From Thermodesulfobacteriota bacterium (GTDB lineage Bacteria; Desulfobacterota_D; UBA1144; Nemesobacterales; Nemesobacteraceae): 64,000 nt of DNA. This document shows, one piece after another, positions 1 through 14,353 of the stretch (position 1 is the first letter of the stretch; each line of letters begins with the position of its first letter). The translations under genes were made by a program, and so were the position numbers. The DNA is taken from contig OZ241964.1 in NCBI GenBank assembly GCA_965204035.1, forward strand, positions 1,167,933 through 1,231,932, written 5' to 3'. Below the pieces are notes generated by a model. It saw nothing but the letters and a program-made list of their open reading frames with translations, was not told where the DNA came from and made no database searches.

Positions 1-4226
<4,226 letters not shown>

Positions 4227-4230
<4 letters not shown>

Positions 4231-5609
4231 CGCGGACTTTCCCCTACCCCGAAATTCTTCTTAACGTAGTTAACCTTGTAAGATATGTTGTCCTTAATCC
4301 ACTTGGCGTCCCACCACTCAAGCGGCCTCACCGGAACTCCCTGAACGTAGACCCCGAAGTGCAGGTGATCCCCGACGGCAAGCCCGGTAGTGCCCGTCCT
4401 TCCCACGATATCTTTTTTCCCCACGCTGTCCCCGACGTTCACATTCATCGAGCTTAAGTGGGAGTAAAGAGACATAATCCCCATTCCGTGGTCGACGATA
4501 ACCGTATTGCCGTATATGCCGAGGTGCTCCGCGAATACCACCACTCCGCTGTTAGAGGCGGAAACAGGGTATTTTTTAGTAACCGAGAGGTCGTAGCCGA
4601 GGTGATACTGATTGTCGACCACGTTGCCGTCCAGCAGGTATTCCCTCTGGTCCGCGAATGTCGCGGCCACCTTGGAATTGCGAAGCTGGTTGAACTTCCC
4701 TTTCCAGAGAATCTTCTCCCCGCTCTGTCTTCCGACCTCGTATACCCTGTTGTCGTTTTCCTTTCTCATCTCGCTGTTTATCTTGAGAAACGCCTTGAGC
4801 AAATCGGGTTTCCCGTCATCCCCGACCGGGGAATAGCCGTAAACTTTGGTGAAAAGCGGGAGCACCTTGTTCCTTAGAAACCACTCCGAGAGGCCTATTT
4901 CATCCTTTACGTACGAGGCCCCGACAAGCCGGTAATAAACAGGCTCCCTCGCTTCGTTGCCAGCCGCGTCAGTTGCAAGAATTTCTATCTTCTCATCCCT
5001 GTCCGCATTATACGGGTAGGCGAGAAAGGCAAGGTATATCGAGGGGTCTTCAAAGTGCCCGGGGTAGCCTTCAAAGAAAAGATCCTTTACTTCAACGCCT
5101 GTTGAGACCGTGTCCTCGGAAACCTTGTAGATGACAACTCCCGCGCCCCCGTGTCTTATGTAAAGTATGGGGGAAAGTTCCTGTATCCGGGGAGGGATGA
5201 AATCCAGGGTTACCCTCTCGCTGAAAACAGCCTTTTTCCCGGGGAGAAGACCATTCATGAAACGGTCGGTCGCCTCTATTAAGAGTTCCGATGTGCCGCT
5301 TTTTATGCCGAGCTTCTCGGGGTTGATGCTCACGCTTATCACATCGCTTTTAGTTCCCTTCTTGTACTCTTTTTTAACAAGGACGGATTCCCCGTAAGCA
5401 TCAAGCAGGGAGATGCGCACCTTGGCGAGCCCGGTGCCCTTGTCAGACACCGTCACCTCAAAGGGCTTTAAACCGAGAGTCTTAACATCCCGCTCAAGGG
5501 ATATGACCGGAGGGCTCATCTCGGCAATGGAGATGACCTTTACGAGAGCGACGATCAGAAGCACAATCCCAAAAACGGCCGCAACCCGTTTTCCGGATAC
5601 TTTCAGCAT
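4227..5609 (-). CDS. Membrane-anchored M23/LytM-family metallopeptidase
   Basis: N-terminal TM helix. C-terminal LytM motif HxxxD...GNTVIVDHG...GTTGLAVGDHLHFGV. Confidence 0.85.
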
Positions 5610-5810
5610 TTAAGACAACCTCCTTCGAATTACCGCAGCGGCTTCGCTTATCACATCATAAGAGCAGCCCGGACAGCGCAAGTTAACCGGAAAGAAACCC
5701 TGTCTCCACACCGCCCCAGGAACCTCAAACTTGCCTCTCGCACGATCCGGCTTCACGGGGGAAAACCCGCAGCAAACAGAACATTTCTTTGGAAAGGACC
5801 TTCCGGGCAC
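5610..5810 (-). CDS. Small Cys-rich hypothetical protein (possible zinc ribbon), translationally coupled to the M23 peptidase gene
   Basis: 66-aa ORF with a C-x2-CC ... C-x2-C pattern. Its stop TAA directly abuts the ATG of the downstream peptidase. No family recognised. Confidence 0.3.
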   Translation of the reverse strand: MPGRSFPKKCSVCCGFSPVKPDRARGKFEVPGAVWRQGFFPVNLRCPGCSYDVISEAAAVIRRRLS

Positions 5811-8800
5811 CTCAATCTGGTTCTGTTTTTATTTGGCGGTTTTTAAGTATAATAGGCTTGTTAGGAAAATCCAGATCCTTACGGCGTAACCAAAAAGAAT
5901 TCCCTGCTTTTTCACTAAGGACAGTGCGTAGAAGAACGATTTTTTTTATATTCACCGCAGTAAGCTGCGCTCTTGTCCTGGGGCTTTTTCTGTTCTCCCA
6001 GACCGAGCAAAGCCGCCAGTACGCGAAAAACCTCATAGAGCGAAGGCTTAACTCAATCCCCAATTTCAATATCAGCCTCGGAAATATCGAGGGGAGCATA
6101 ATCTCCACAATGGAGATAAAGGATATTGAAGTGAAGATAGCCGGAGAGAGCTACATGAAAATCGAGAAGCTCTCGACCAACTACTCGATTCCGCTTCTTT
6201 ACTCAATGATCTCGAGAAAGAAGCTCTACCTGTCCGACACGGAGATACAAGGTCTCAGGGTTTTTCTCGCAAAGGACCGCCAGGGGGTATGGGACTTCAA
6301 GAAACTGAAGAACAAGGACAAAACCGCCAAGGAGCCTCAAGGGGAGAGAATAAGCCTCATTTTCGCGGACAACATAATCCGCGATTCCCGCATTACGATT
6401 GTTGACCGCACCAGGGACAAGGTCTGGGAATTTGACCTGGTGGAAGAGTCCCTTTTCTCGATAAACATCATTGAACTGACGAAAAAAATCGAACTTGACG
6501 CAAAGGACATAAATTTCGACTACGTGTCCCCCAGGATCAGGATAAGGAACCTCAGGGGAAAAATCGACATAGCCTCCTGGGACTGCGTATTCGAAGACGC
6601 CGGATTCAAGGTTGAGGGCGTGCCGGTCAGGGGAAGCGGGATCGCGAGGGGTCTTAGAAACCCTGATTTCGACATGACCGTGTATTTCGACGCACTTGAA
6701 ATAAACGAGAAGGGAAAGGTTAACCTCGAGGCAAAAACGAAGGTCAAGATGCACTCCGTTGACAACATGGTCGGCACGATGGAGCTCTCGACGCGCGATT
6801 CATTCCTTAACGGAAAGCCGCTTCGGACGGACTTAAAACCGGTCAGGATCAAAGGGACAAAGACTTTCATAGAGGGGACGGTAGGCGGAGGATTCGGGGA
6901 GGCAAGCCTCAAGGGCAGCGTCGACTTTAAGAAATGGCTCGCGAGGGGAGAGAGGAACTGGTTTGATTTCACCGCGGAGCTAAACGGCGCGGACACGGAT
7001 GAAGTGACCGAGATACTTAACAGCACACCCTACCCGCTTAAGTTCGGAGACAGCTCAAGGCTTAGCTCGAATCTCAGGGTAAGCGGCAGCTGGGCGAGCA
7101 GGGAAATCTATTCCCTGCGGGCCGAACCCGATTATCTCGACGTAATAGACAGCGAGCAGAGCAACCTTCGGATCGGAGGTTACATGACGTTCAGAAACGA
7201 CGGTACGGATTTCGATGTCACCTCAAAGGCAAAAGGATTCAAGCTGAAACTCGAATTCCCGGAGATCAGAATTGACAACTATGTTGACGGAAGCGCGAAT
7301 TTTCGGGGAACGATACCGAAGGAAGGCAAATTCTTTGAAGACAAGTACCTGCGCGTAGACGCCGACCTGAAAACAGACGAATTATACGGAATAACGAATA
7401 TAAACTCCCGGATAGACGGCAGCATTCAGAAAGGAACCCTGACTGTAAACAGGCTTAAGGTCCGGTCCGATCAGTTTTCCTTGTCCGCGGAAAAGACCAA
7501 AGAAACGCAGGAGGGTCTTGACTGCGCTTTTGAATTCAAAACGCAGGACCTGAGTTTTCTCTCCGAGATTGACGAGAGGATTCCTCTGGTTTTAGGAAAA
7601 ATAGCCTCAAGCGGAAGAATCAGCGGAGACATTTCCACTCCTCTTATCGAGGCAAATTCGCACGTGGAGAATTTCGCATATGAAGAAGATTTCATAGTTC
7701 AGGACATGTCCGTCCGGTCAACCACCCGGATTGATTTAAAAAACACCCCTAGGGTATCGCTTGATATACATCTGCAGGGAGAACGGGCCCGCGTTCTCGG
7801 CAATTACTCAGACACGATCGAAGCAAAGCTTCGGGGAACGGAAGCTCACTTTGACGCGGGAGTTCTTTTGGGCAGGGAAAACGGTTCCTACGCCTCTTCA
7901 GAATTCAGCGTCAGCGGCTTCATGGAACGCGAGAGAAAATTAAGGATGACCTATCTTGAAGGTCTTCTGGACCAAAAGCTGTTTAAAAACAAAGGAGATA
8001 TCCTCCTTGATATATCTTCGCAGAGAACAAGTATTCGGGGAGATGAATTCACCTACGGAGAGGGAAAAATCTCCAACTTCCTTGGAGAAATAGACAGGAA
8101 AGAAAAAACGATCGACCTGCGGGCCGACATGACAAACTTCAATCCGCTGATCATATCAAAGGTCCTGAATCTCAGACACGACCTGGGAGGAACTCTCGAC
8201 GGAAAAGTCCGGGCCAGCGGTTCTCTTGTGGCCCCTTCAGTTCAGGCCGAAATAAGATCAGACGGCTTCTCTTACGGATTCCCCGCATCGGGAGACATGA
8301 AAATCAGGCTCGGCGGGGAAAAAGGAAGCCTTTCTCTGGAACTGCTGTCCTCAGCGGGGCAAAAGGAAAACCTGAGCTTGCGGGGAGACCTGCTGGTTCC
8401 GCGAAACGCGCAGAGCCCGCTGGAAGCGGTAATGGGAACTTCGATGGACCTTGAATTGAAGTCGGACGGATACGGCCTCGGTTTCATGAAAATCTTTTCA
8501 AATTCGATAGAGAAAATCGAGGGCAGCTTCTCATCCGCCGGTCTTTCTCTGAACGGCACCCTCTCAAAACCGCGCGTAAAAGGCGATCTTGAACTAAACG
8601 ACTTGAGACTCTCTCTTACCCAGCTCAGAAACAGCCTGTTCACCGAGCACGCGGAGCTTTCGTTCAGCGGGGCCAAGCTCTCTTTGCCAAGGACGGAAAT
8701 CCGTTCAAAAAAAGGAAAAGCCTACCTCAAGGGCAGGATGAACATCTCCGATTTCACCTACCGCGCCGATCTTGAAATGGAGAAAGTCCGGTTTAATCCT

Positions 8801-9739
8801 CATTCGATAAAAACGGATCTCTCCGGTGATCTCAAGATAGAGAAAAAAGACGAATTTCTGAAAGTAACGGGAAAGACCAAGGTCACCGCGGGTAGAATTC
8901 GCCTGTACCCGGGCAGGATAAAAAGCATAAAAGACATCAGCTTCATAGAAAAAAGCGAGAGCTTCGCCGACGAGTTCTCACTTGAAGCGCAGAACGAAAC
9001 CGGCTTTTACAGAGAGAGGGTCGCAATGGATATCTCAGTCGACATCTCCTCGGGCACGTGGATTAAAACCAAGGAAGCCAACTTCAATACAAGAGGAAAA
9101 CTGAGGCTCAAGAAACAACCGGGCGGCGATCTTGACATGCAGGGAAACATAGTGTCATCCGAGGGGTATTACACGGTCTTCGGGAAGCTTTTCGACATAG
9201 AGGACGCCACGCTTAACTTTACGGGGGCATCGAACAACCCGGATCTCAACGTCAAGGCCTATTACGACGCCGGCGATGTTGACGTGAACGTAAACGCCAC
9301 GGGAGACCTGAGGGAACCGGACCTGTCTCTCTCAAGCAATCCGGATCTCGAAGAAATCGACATAATCTCCTATATAGTTTTCGGAGCCTCGAGCAACAGG
9401 CTCCAGAACCAGCAGAGGGCATTCATGGGAAAATTCGCGACCGCGGTTGCCGCGGGCGGAATCTCGGAGCTTTTAAGCTCTGAGATCGGTCTTGATCTCC
9501 TGAGCATCCAGGAAGGAGACCGGGGGTTTGAGGACAGCACGCTGAAAGTCGGCTCCTACGTCACAAGAGATATCTTCGTCGGCTACGAGAGATCGCCCTC
9601 CAAGACCTCGCTTGACCACACGGTGGAGATGCGCAACAAGCTCAACCTTGAATGGAGACTGAACAGAAGATTCTCGGTTGAGAGCCAGATGGGCGGAGAA
9701 AACCCCGGAGTCGATTTTTTCTACAATTTCAATTTTTAA
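5789..9739 (+). CDS. tamB: TamB-like translocation and assembly module protein (DUF490 C-terminus); start uncertain (TTG at 5789 or in-frame GTG at about 5924)
   Basis: Over 1,250 aa with an N-terminal signal-anchor (RRRTIFFIFTAVSCALVLGLFLF), a long beta-rich body, and a DUF490-like C-terminus (GSYVTRDIFVGYER...NLEWRLNRRFSVESQ). No tamA is adjacent. Confidence 0.75.
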   Translation: MERTFRAPQSGSVFIWRFLSIIGLLGKSRSLRRNQKEFPAFSLRTVRRRTIFFIFTAVSCALVLGLFLFSQTEQSRQYAKNLIERRLNSIPNFNISLGNIEGSIISTMEIKDIEVKIAGESYMKIEKLSTNYSIPLLYSMISRKKLYLSDTEIQGLRVFLAKDRQGVWDFKKLKNKDKTAKEPQGERISLIFADNIIRDSRITIVDRTRDKVWEFDLVEESLFSINIIELTKKIELDAKDINFDYVSPRIRIRNLRGKIDIASWDCVFEDAGFKVEGVPVRGSGIARGLRNPDFDMTVYFDALEINEKGKVNLEAKTKVKMHSVDNMVGTMELSTRDSFLNGKPLRTDLKPVRIKGTKTFIEGTVGGGFGEASLKGSVDFKKWLARGERNWFDFTAELNGADTDEVTEILNSTPYPLKFGDSSRLSSNLRVSGSWASREIYSLRAEPDYLDVIDSEQSNLRIGGYMTFRNDGTDFDVTSKAKGFKLKLEFPEIRIDNYVDGSANFRGTIPKEGKFFEDKYLRVDADLKTDELYGITNINSRIDGSIQKGTLTVNRLKVRSDQFSLSAEKTKETQEGLDCAFEFKTQDLSFLSEIDERIPLVLGKIASSGRISGDISTPLIEANSHVENFAYEEDFIVQDMSVRSTTRIDLKNTPRVSLDIHLQGERARVLGNYSDTIEAKLRGTEAHFDAGVLLGRENGSYASSEFSVSGFMERERKLRMTYLEGLLDQKLFKNKGDILLDISSQRTSIRGDEFTYGEGKISNFLGEIDRKEKTIDLRADMTNFNPLIISKVLNLRHDLGGTLDGKVRASGSLVAPSVQAEIRSDGFSYGFPASGDMKIRLGGEKGSLSLELLSSAGQKENLSLRGDLLVPRNAQSPLEAVMGTSMDLELKSDGYGLGFMKIFSNSIEKIEGSFSSAGLSLNGTLSKPRVKGDLELNDLRLSLTQLRNSLFTEHAELSFSGAKLSLPRTEIRSKKGKAYLKGRMNISDFTYRADLEMEKVRFNPHSIKTDLSGDLKIEKKDEFLKVTGKTKVTAGRIRLYPGRIKSIKDISFIEKSESFADEFSLEAQNETGFYRERVAMDISVDISSGTWIKTKEANFNTRGKLRLKKQPGGDLDMQGNIVSSEGYYTVFGKLFDIEDATLNFTGASNNPDLNVKAYYDAGDVDVNVNATGDLREPDLSLSSNPDLEEIDIISYIVFGASSNRLQNQQRAFMGKFATAVAAGGISELLSSEIGLDLLSIQEGDRGFEDSTLKVGSYVTRDIFVGYERSPSKTSLDHTVEMRNKLNLEWRLNRRFSVESQMGGENPGVDFFYNFNF

Positions 9740-9790
9740 AAGACCAGACTTCGGGCATATTCTTGCCAGGAACTATAACGGAGAAACGCA

Positions 9791-11137
9791 ATGAACGGGC
9801 AAAAGCCGATAGTGGCCATAGTCGGAAGACCGAATGTCGGCAAGTCCACCCTTTTTAACAGGATAATAGGGTGGAACAAAACGATAGTAGAGGACATCCC
9901 CGGCGTCACAAGAGACAGGGTCTATGAAGACACCCGATGGAAGGAAAAGGAGTTCACCCTGGTTGACACCGGAGGACTTTCCCTCGGCGAAGACGACCAG
10001 GACTATTCTCTCATAAAAGAGCAGATAGACGCCGCTATCTCGGAAGCGGATCTCGTGGTGATGCTCTTTGACGGCAGGGACGGGGTCATGCCCCAGGATT
10101 CCGAAATAGTGCGGTATCTTCGAAAGACCGAAAAAAAAGTCATCTACGCCGTAAACAAAATCGACCATGGGAACATAAAGCAGGTGCTGAAAACATACGA
10201 ATTCTACGGTACGGGCACGGATGATCTCATGGCGATTTCCGCGCTTCACAACAAAAACATCTACGAACTCGTGGAGCAGATCGCTTCCTGCATAGAAACC
10301 TCCGGGCAGCCGGAAGAAGAACCCGAAGGATCCGAAGAGACGAGAATCGCCGTCATCGGCAAACCCAACGTCGGGAAATCCACGCTGGTGAACAGGATAC
10401 TCGGAGAACAGAGACTCATAACAAGTTCCACCCCCGGGACGACCCGCGATTCCATTGACTCCGTATATGAAAAAGACGGGAAGAAATACGTCTTCATCGA
10501 TACCGCGGGCATAAGAAGAAAGTCGAGGATAGACGCCCCGGTTGAAAAACACAGCGTTTTCCGGGCAATAAGGTCCATCGAAAGAGCCCACATCGTGCTG
10601 CTGATGATAGACGGTCAAGAAGGCCCGACCCACCACGACTCGCGCCTCGCGGAACTGATTAAAGGCAGAAACAGGGCCATTATAATACTGCTTAACAAGT
10701 GGGACCTTGCCCCCGAGGACATAGCGGACCCCAAAGAGGTCGAAGAGGTGACGAAGGAAAAACTGATCGGGGTTGACTACGCCCCCGTGCTGACCATCTC
10801 CGCTCTTACCGGCAAGAAGGTCGGGAAAATCTTTGACGCCGTCGAGCGGGTGGAGAACAATTTCAGAAAAAAGATATCCACGGGAAAGCTGAACAGGTTC
10901 CTTGAGGACCTTACAAAACGCCACCCTCCCCCGGTCTACAGAAGGAAGGAAATCAAGTTTTTCTACATCTCACAGCCTCTTACCGCGCCGCCGACATTCA
11001 CGATCTTCACCAATTCGGCAAAGGGCATCCCGGAGAACTACAGAAGGTTCCTTGAGAACAAGCTAAGGGAGTACGCGGACTTCGAGGGATCTCCCCTCAG
11101 GCTTCTGTTCCGGGACAGGGAAGGAAAGGAAGTCTAG
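9791..11137 (+). CDS. der: Ribosome-biogenesis GTPase Der (EngA), two tandem GTPase domains
   Basis: Two G1 motifs (GRPNVGKST, GKPNVGKST), DTGG/DTAG and NKxD motifs, and a KH-like C-terminus. A GGAGA RBS lies upstream. Confidence 0.95.
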   Translation: MNGQKPIVAIVGRPNVGKSTLFNRIIGWNKTIVEDIPGVTRDRVYEDTRWKEKEFTLVDTGGLSLGEDDQDYSLIKEQIDAAISEADLVVMLFDGRDGVMPQDSEIVRYLRKTEKKVIYAVNKIDHGNIKQVLKTYEFYGTGTDDLMAISALHNKNIYELVEQIASCIETSGQPEEEPEGSEETRIAVIGKPNVGKSTLVNRILGEQRLITSSTPGTTRDSIDSVYEKDGKKYVFIDTAGIRRKSRIDAPVEKHSVFRAIRSIERAHIVLLMIDGQEGPTHHDSRLAELIKGRNRAIIILLNKWDLAPEDIADPKEVEEVTKEKLIGVDYAPVLTISALTGKKVGKIFDAVERVENNFRKKISTGKLNRFLEDLTKRHPPPVYRRKEIKFFYISQPLTAPPTFTIFTNSAKGIPENYRRFLENKLREYADFEGSPLRLLFRDREGKEV

Positions 11138-11138
11138 A

Positions 11139-12347
11139 TCACCGGACCGAAAGTATTATCTTCTGTATGTCCGCGGTCCGCTCAGACGCGGAGCACATTT
11201 CCATCACCCTGCGCCTTGAGTTTCGGCCCATTTCACCCCGGGCCTCCGCGTCCCGCACAAGAATCGAGACGCTCTCCCCCATCTTCTCAAAATCCCCGGA
11301 GGTGCAGAGAAAACCGGTCTTTCCGTCCTCAATGGCCTCCGCTATTCCGCCTATTGAGAACCCCACGACGGGAAGGCTGAACGCCATCGCCTCTATCACT
11401 GACCTCGGGAAAGGATCAGGATAATTGGACGGAATAACGAAGAGGTCAAAGTCCTTAAGATACGGCCTTACGTCCTTTCTGTATCCTGTGAAGATAAAGC
11501 TGTCCCGCACCCCCAGGCTCTCCGCGTGGTCCTCAAGTTCCCGCAGGTGGTTTTTCGGGAAAAACCACGGAGTATCTCCGACTATGACGAACTTTGTTTT
11601 CTCCTTGATACTGCCGTCTGAGACAAGTCGACTTACGGTGTCAATGAATTCCACGTAGCCTTTTCTCGGAACCACCCTTCCGGTGTTTCCGACAAGCACG
11701 GTATCCGGTGGGATGGAGAACTCCTCTCTCAGGGAACCCCGAACGGAATCCTTGTCGAAATCCGCGGGGTCAATGCCGTTATACACTACGTGAACCTTGC
11801 TCTTCGCTCTCTCAAACGGTCTGGCCGTGGCACGGGAAACGCATATTATCTTCTTCACGCACTGAAACCCCGAGAGCGTTTCCATCAAGGATTTCATAAA
11901 TCGCGTCTGCTGTATGTTCCTTACGTGCCAGATAACGGGTTTCTTGTTTCTCTTTCCGATCAGGGTGCCCACGATTTTTGCGAGGGTTCCGTTGCAGTAG
12001 ACAATGTCGATCGCGTTCTCCCTGATTATTTTAGGGGAGCCCAGGAGCAGGCGGAGCATATTCACTATGTTTACGATTATTGAGAAAACTCTCATAAGAC
12101 CCGGGGCCCACGTGGTGTCCGCCACTATTGTTGATTTCTGTATGTTCTCGGGAAACCTTGGGTCGACTATGACGTTCTCAAAGATGCCCTCGGATTTCAG
12201 GCTCTCAGAGAATATGTCGTGCTTCGGCACGAGCACGAACGGGTTTATCTTATCCCGGTCAATGTACTTCAGTATGTAGAGAAGACTTCTTCCCGGTCCT
12301 CCGTCCCTTACCGAGTGATTGATGAAAAGTACATTCTTTTTTTTCAT
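11139..12347 (-). CDS. GT4-family glycosyltransferase (GT-B fold)
   Basis: C-terminal GT1/GT4 signature: EAMAFSLPVVGFSIGGIAEAIEDGKTGFL. Confidence 0.85.
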   Translation of the reverse strand: MKKKNVLFINHSVRDGGPGRSLLYILKYIDRDKINPFVLVPKHDIFSESLKSEGIFENVIVDPRFPENIQKSTIVADTTWAPGLMRVFSIIVNIVNMLRLLLGSPKIIRENAIDIVYCNGTLAKIVGTLIGKRNKKPVIWHVRNIQQTRFMKSLMETLSGFQCVKKIICVSRATARPFERAKSKVHVVYNGIDPADFDKDSVRGSLREEFSIPPDTVLVGNTGRVVPRKGYVEFIDTVSRLVSDGSIKEKTKFVIVGDTPWFFPKNHLRELEDHAESLGVRDSFIFTGYRKDVRPYLKDFDLFVIPSNYPDPFPRSVIEAMAFSLPVVGFSIGGIAEAIEDGKTGFLCTSGDFEKMGESVSILVRDAEARGEMGRNSRRRVMEMCSASERTADIQKIILSVR

Positions 12348-12462
12348 ATCGGCTGATATTGCGGTACAATCCCCGGAGTGTTAGAGTGGAAAAGAAAAAT
12401 AAACTAATACAAATTTCATGTTATCTTTATATGTTAGGCAAATTAAAAATCAAGGAATCTTA

Positions 12463-13221
12463 ATGCACACAAAAACCCGCGCAAGCACCGTGAAAACCTA
12501 CCTGTTTTTCCTCTTTATTTCCTTATTCGCAGTCTCGGGATGTGGCCTGGATGTCGAGTTCGGAGGCAGTGGGAATGGAGACGACGGTGAAGGATCCGAG
12601 AACATAGAAGGATTTATCATAGATGTAATTCCGCAGAGAGATAACGGGGTTTCAGATCTTGTCATAAGGATTGTGAATAAAGAAACCACCCAGAACTACC
12701 AATTGCTGAAAGACTGCAGGATGGGAGCGAGCAACTCAGAAGTGGAAAATCAAGAACAGACAACAGGAACCAATGGAGCCTTTTGCGTAGAGGGGGATTT
12801 TGACCCCGAAGCCGAGCTCAGAATTTCTGAAAGTGGGAACGAAGACTCACCGCTTGCGGTAACAAAGCTCACCGTCTTTCCCGGAGCAATGATTGACATT
12901 GGAGACATTCGCATTAGGGGTGGAAACATAGAATACACGGAAGATATCAACATAGATTTCAATATGGATTTCAGAGGACGTGTATCAACTGCAAACTGTC
13001 GTGATAATACTGGAAACATAGAAGTGGAAATTGATAGCAACAAAACGACTGATAATAATCCAATAGAAGTACTTGTTCAGATAAAATCAGATACCGAGAT
13101 TGAAACAGCAAATTTTGAAAATCTTGGTTGCGACTCCATAACCGTGGGGGACACAGTCAGGAGATTAGAAGGAACCCTGGACGGTATCACTATCAAGGCA
13201 AATTTCATCGAAATAGAATAA
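12463..13221 (+). CDS. AT-rich hypothetical lipoprotein (acidic, Asp/Asn/Glu-rich)
   Basis: Signal peptide plus lipobox (FAVSGC). Low GC relative to neighbours. Internal GNIE repeats. No family recognised. An ORF extension from 12418 is possible. Confidence 0.5.
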   Translation: MHTKTRASTVKTYLFFLFISLFAVSGCGLDVEFGGSGNGDDGEGSENIEGFIIDVIPQRDNGVSDLVIRIVNKETTQNYQLLKDCRMGASNSEVENQEQTTGTNGAFCVEGDFDPEAELRISESGNEDSPLAVTKLTVFPGAMIDIGDIRIRGGNIEYTEDINIDFNMDFRGRVSTANCRDNTGNIEVEIDSNKTTDNNPIEVLVQIKSDTEIETANFENLGCDSITVGDTVRRLEGTLDGITIKANFIEIE

Positions 13222-13252
13222 CTGGTCTGGTTTTTGCCGAGACCTGCTCCCT

Positions 13253-14353
13253 CTATCTTCCCTCCATGGTAATACGCGCCCTCTCCCTTCCTTTCTCCGT
13301 AAGAAAAAGCCCTCCGCCCGCGACAGCTATTTCTCCTTTGCGCTTCAGAAATTCGACCACTTTTGAGGCGAAATCAGCTGACCGAAACATGCCCCTGCTG
13401 TCGGGGTGGTTCTTTACCGCAACTCCTCTTTCCTGGTTGTAAAGACTCACGAGGAGCGAAGCCTCGGCAAAATCCATCCTCTGTTTCCTTTTTTCTCTCA
13501 TTATGCCGAAGAGCCCCCTTTGAGGAGCAAGGAGAAAAACCACGAGAAAAAACAGCCCGCACACAAAAGCCATTGAACCCGCTATGTTGACGTCAAGCCA
13601 GTTGGCGGCCCAGAATCCCGAAACGGCCGCCGAGATCCCAAAGACCACACTCAGGAGAATCATCCTGAAAAGCGAATCCGTAAGAAGATAGGCGCAGCAC
13701 GGCGGAATCACTATAAGCGCTATAACAAGTATCGAGCCCACGGCATCAAACGCGCCGACGCATGTAAGCGACACGACAGCCATAAGCAGGTAGTGGATGA
13801 GCCGGGGACGGAATCCTATTGACGACGCAAAACTCTCGTCAAAGGTCGACACCTTGAGCTCCTTGTAGAAAAAGCAGATGAAAAGCAGGTTCAGAAGAAG
13901 AATCGAACCCATTACGTAAGCCGACTTGGGCCCCAGGTCCACACCCGAGAGAATCAGGCGGTGAAAAGGGGCAAACGCTATCTCCCCGAGAAGCACCGAG
14001 TGGGTGTCAATATGCACGTTTCGCGCGTACCTGGAAAGCAGTATGACCGCCACGCTGAAAAGAAACGGGAAGACTATCCCTATCGAAGCATCCTTTTTTA
14101 CCAGCCTTGCCCGGTTAACCGCCTCTATGAGCGAAATCGCTAGCACTCCGCTTGCGGCAGCTCCTATTATGAGAATCGGCGACGAGAGGTCCCCCACGAG
14201 AAAAAAAGCGAGGATTATGCCGAGCAGAATGGAATGGCTGATCGCGTCAGTCATCATGGACATCCTCCTCAGAACAAGAAACGCCCCCGGCATGGCGCAT
14301 GAAGCCGCAACTATGATGGCTACCAGCTGTATGTCAAACTGATGCGCGCTCAT
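13253..14353 (-). CDS. Metal (Mn/Zn/Fe) ABC transporter permease (ABC-3 family) with a C-terminal DtxR-like winged-helix extension
   Basis: Eight or more TM segments typical of MntB/TroD/ZnuB. About 85 cytoplasmic C-terminal residues (…VVEFLKRKGEIAV…LFLTEKGRERA) resemble the DtxR N-terminal wHTH. The start overlaps the upstream permease stop by 4 nt. Confidence 0.85.
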   Translation of the reverse strand: MSAHQFDIQLVAIIVAASCAMPGAFLVLRRMSMMTDAISHSILLGIILAFFLVGDLSSPILIIGAAASGVLAISLIEAVNRARLVKKDASIGIVFPFLFSVAVILLSRYARNVHIDTHSVLLGEIAFAPFHRLILSGVDLGPKSAYVMGSILLLNLLFICFFYKELKVSTFDESFASSIGFRPRLIHYLLMAVVSLTCVGAFDAVGSILVIALIVIPPCCAYLLTDSLFRMILLSVVFGISAAVSGFWAANWLDVNIAGSMAFVCGLFFLVVFLLAPQRGLFGIMREKRKQRMDFAEASLLVSLYNQERGVAVKNHPDSRGMFRSADFASKVVEFLKRKGEIAVAGGGLFLTEKGRERARITMEGR

